From contig NC_087436.1 of NCBI RefSeq assembly GCF_036321535.1, positions 116,438,001-116,502,000 on the forward strand: 64,000 bases of DNA, in the 5' to 3' direction. The stretch is from Camelus dromedarius. Taxonomy: Eukaryota. A program made the position numbers and the translations under genes. The notes under the pieces are model-generated. The model saw nothing but the letters and a program-made list of their open reading frames with translations, was not told where the DNA came from and did no database searches. Positions 61,100 to 64,000 of this stretch are shown here, piece by piece; within the stretch, counting starts at the first letter, position 1, and every line of letters starts with the position of its first letter.

Positions 61100-61265
61100 T
61101 AATGATGTCACTTACTGAGCACTTACTAAGTATCAAGTGTAATGCCAAGCACTTGACATGAAATATTCAATCTTCCAGCACCCTCTGGGGTAGGTGCTCT
61201 TAATAGCTATGTTTTACACATGGCACAAGTGAAGTGTGGAGATGGTAAAGGACCTGCCCAGCATC
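61100..61265 (-). mobile_element. MIR SINE, followed by an A28 run (61266-61293)
   Basis: cacttactgagcacttact...taggtgct...ttttacacatg...ggacctgccca. Confidence 0.75.
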
Positions 61266-61975
61266 AAAAAAAAAAAAAAAAAAAAAAAAAAAACAGAGAT
61301 AGGATTAAAGACAAGTAATAGGGTATTGAGAGCAACTATTATTACCTATTTAGTGCTCATGAGAAAACTATGGGCCAGGTGCTGGAGTCCTCACTTTAGG
61401 GACAAGAAGGGAGGCTCAAAGGAGGAGTGAAAGAGGGAACACTGTGAAACAGCATCATATCTACTGCCAGTCAGTCATATTCATGGTCTCTCTCCTTGAT
61501 ACACACTTTTCCTCCTGCTTAATTAGAGTTCATTGCTGGACATGGCCTCATCCATCTAAACTCAACCTTGGCTTCCCTTTTCCAGATTTTAACCCCCACA
61601 CACACACTTAAGAACCTCCCCATGTCCATGCATTCATTCAAGAGATGGCTTTTGAGAGAGAGCTTTGGATCAGGCCTGGGCTAGCCCTTGTTGTCAAAAA
61701 GATCTAGAACAAAGGGGGTGCCCTGGAGAATATTATAACCCAGGACATCATCTCCCACTGGGATCTTTGGTTGCCAGCACTAGAGCAGCCTCCATATAAC
61801 TGACTTGGTTTGACCCCTTTGCATCACACGCTAGGAACAGCTCCTTCTGTGCTGGCTGGCTGCGATTGGCCCATAAACTTTTGCCCCACCCCTGACAGCC
61901 CAGCCAGCCAAGCCCAGTCTCATCCATTTTAGCTGAATTTAGCCACACCCTGTGCTTGACCCTGAGCTGACTGTA

Positions 61976-62545
61976 TTTTTTTTTTGACTTTTTAAATTAT
62001 GGAAGTTTAAAAAATATACAAGAAAGTATAACAAACCACCATGTAGCCAACCACAACTCAGCTTTTTCAATGTTCAACATTTTACCAATCTTGTCTCCTC
62101 TCTCTGACCCCACACGTTTTCCTTAAGTTCTTTAAAGCAAATTCCAGATAAAATGCCTTTTCAATCTATGCATAATTTTGTCTGCATATCTAACAGACAA
62201 GGACATTTTTTTAAAAAACAGTACCACCTGGCCATTATTACCTCTAACAACAACAACAAATTTCCATGATTTAATCTGGTACTGGTTCTATATTTTCCCA
62301 GTTGACTCAAAGATGCCCTTTTACAATTTGCATTTGAGTCAAGATCCAAACAAGGTCCACACATTGCATCTGGTTGTTAGTCTCCTAAGTCACTTTTTAA
62401 AAGTTAAATTTCTTATCCTGAGATAATCATAGGTTCACATGTAGTTGTAAGAATATTACAGAGATCCTGTGCACCCTTCAGTCACTTGACCCCAATAGTA
62501 GCACTTTGCAAAATTATAGTACAGTTTCACCTCTGGATAGTGACA
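61976..62545 (-). mobile_element. L1MC/L1MB 3'-end fragments
   Basis: caagatccaaacaaggtccacacattgcatctggttg; gagataatcataggttcacatgtagttgtaagaatattacagagatcctgtgcacccttca. Confidence 0.75.
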
Positions 62546-63850
62546 AATGGCATTGTCACTGGGCTGAGTTTTGAAAAACATGTTAATATTTCAAAACTCA
62601 TAAAGTGGTAGCGGCTAATGGAGATATGTTATTTACTTTCTTGTTTAGTTCACTCATTCTCATCTAACTTTACTTCCTTTGTAAGAAGAGAAACACTATC
62701 TTAAGTAATGCCTTGAGAGGGGGACTGCGATACAGACCTGCCTTATTAAGGTCATGTCATATGTTTTTCGAGGGGGTTAAGGGTGACCTCATCTCACAGA
62801 AACACACAGGCCAATGTGACCATGCGTAAGCTGGTCTGGTTTCCACCAGACCCTGTTAATTCCCTAGGAGATCATTCACTGCTAGGAAATCTGGCTTCAG
62901 AAACAGCATCTGTGTAACCCCAGAGGACACCTCAGTCTCAAGATAAACAAACCTTTAAGGATCAGCCATAAAGGTGAGACAAGCTATGAATTGATGTCCT
63001 TCCTGCCACTCTTACCTAGTGGGACCAATGATCACTCCCGTCCAGAGAGGACGTTTCACACAACTGCCAGTTTGCAGAAGGAACTGCTCAGGTGTGCGGC
63101 TGCAGTATCAATCCCCCAGTAAGTAATTTCACTTGAAAATAATTTCTGAAACAGCTAAACAGAGATCAGTGGGCTATTTTGTGTTCCCCTAATATTTGCA
63201 GCTGTCTTTAAGAAGAGATAACAGACCTGCTATCTGGGTCCTGACGGTCAGCAGTCAGGAGTGTGTGTATGTGGACTTGCTTGTAGATGTGTACATGGAA
63301 GCAATGAAGGAAAGGAGACCATTTTTAAGCACCCTGTATGTATCAAGAACTGTGGTAGATGGCACACCCATCCCACCTTTAAATCCGAGCATTTGGATTT
63401 GTGAAATGAGATTTCACTCTCCATGTTTATTATAAGGGGATATAGAGTATTCTCAAGATCTCCCAGCTGGTGGGCGCAAGTAAAGATTTAAATGAGAGCC
63501 CAGAGAGCATGCCCTTTCATCCTTTGAGTTTTCTCTCTTCACATCACTGCTCTGCTCTGTGCTGTGAGGGTCATAGAAGGTTCTGAAGGAACTGAAGATC
63601 TTATTAAGAGTCATGGTAGACTGTTTTAACTACTGGGAACCTGTCTCTCATTTTAACCAAGCAAGATCCTATTGTCATCATTGGTGACCATCTGATAACT
63701 GTAATGGTTTTTATAACTGCTTAACTCTGTAATGTTTTAAAGGGTTTTTCTCATGCTCTTGCTGACCAGATTTGGGCTGGAAAGAAGGGAGGCTTGGATG
63801 GTCCACCTAACTCCCTTGTGGTGCTGGTGCTGCTTGCAGGGATCATGCTC

Positions 63851-63910
63851 AGTGCCCTGCTCTTAACCCCAGTGCCCTCCTCTTGACACCAGTGCTCTCC
63901 TCTTGACCCC
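63851..63910 (+). repeat. 20-bp minisatellite, 3 imperfect copies
   Basis: agtgccctgctcttaacccc / agtgccctcctcttgacacc / agtgctctcctcttgacccc. Confidence 0.9.
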
Positions 63911-64000
63911 CTTGTGGTTTCCTTATATCCTGTTGTTCAAGCTGCAAACTTCAGCCTGCAGCAGGTGGTCCCAGGCTTCAGTCTGCTGAAAAGCTAAAAG

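Noticed and set aside
63851..63910. Short direct repeats (also 40687-40736) as a CRISPR-like array
   Set aside because: No spacers, 2-3 copies only, no cas genes, eukaryotic context

Overview
Mammalian, non-coding, repeat-rich genomic DNA: AT-rich, strongly CpG-depleted, no CpG island. It is most likely camelid, based on three Vic-1-type tRNA-derived SINEs and a young L1 3' end present four times. I recognise no protein-coding gene, RNA gene, CRISPR array or prokaryotic system. The ORF track is essentially noise; the only recognisable peptides are L1 ORF2 fragments, plus Tigger1 and hAT transposase remnants I translated by hand. The window is a mosaic of MIR, L2, L1, MaLR/ERVL/ERV1 LTRs and DNA transposon fossils, with several nested insertions whose target-site duplications (TSDs) are readable. 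The best non-repeat signals are: (1) an ordered GC-box/CCAAT/TATA/Inr promoter-like cluster on the minus strand at about 5780-5885, with a following splice donor and a candidate downstream exon; (2) a CpG-retaining 29-nt micro-exon candidate near 50.2 kb; (3) an L1 carrying an apparent 3' transduction tag; (4) a strong CTCF motif at an LTR edge; (5) several TF-motif clusters. I found no convincing novel biological system. Repeat family names come from remembered consensus sequences, and boundaries are approximate unless a TSD is given.
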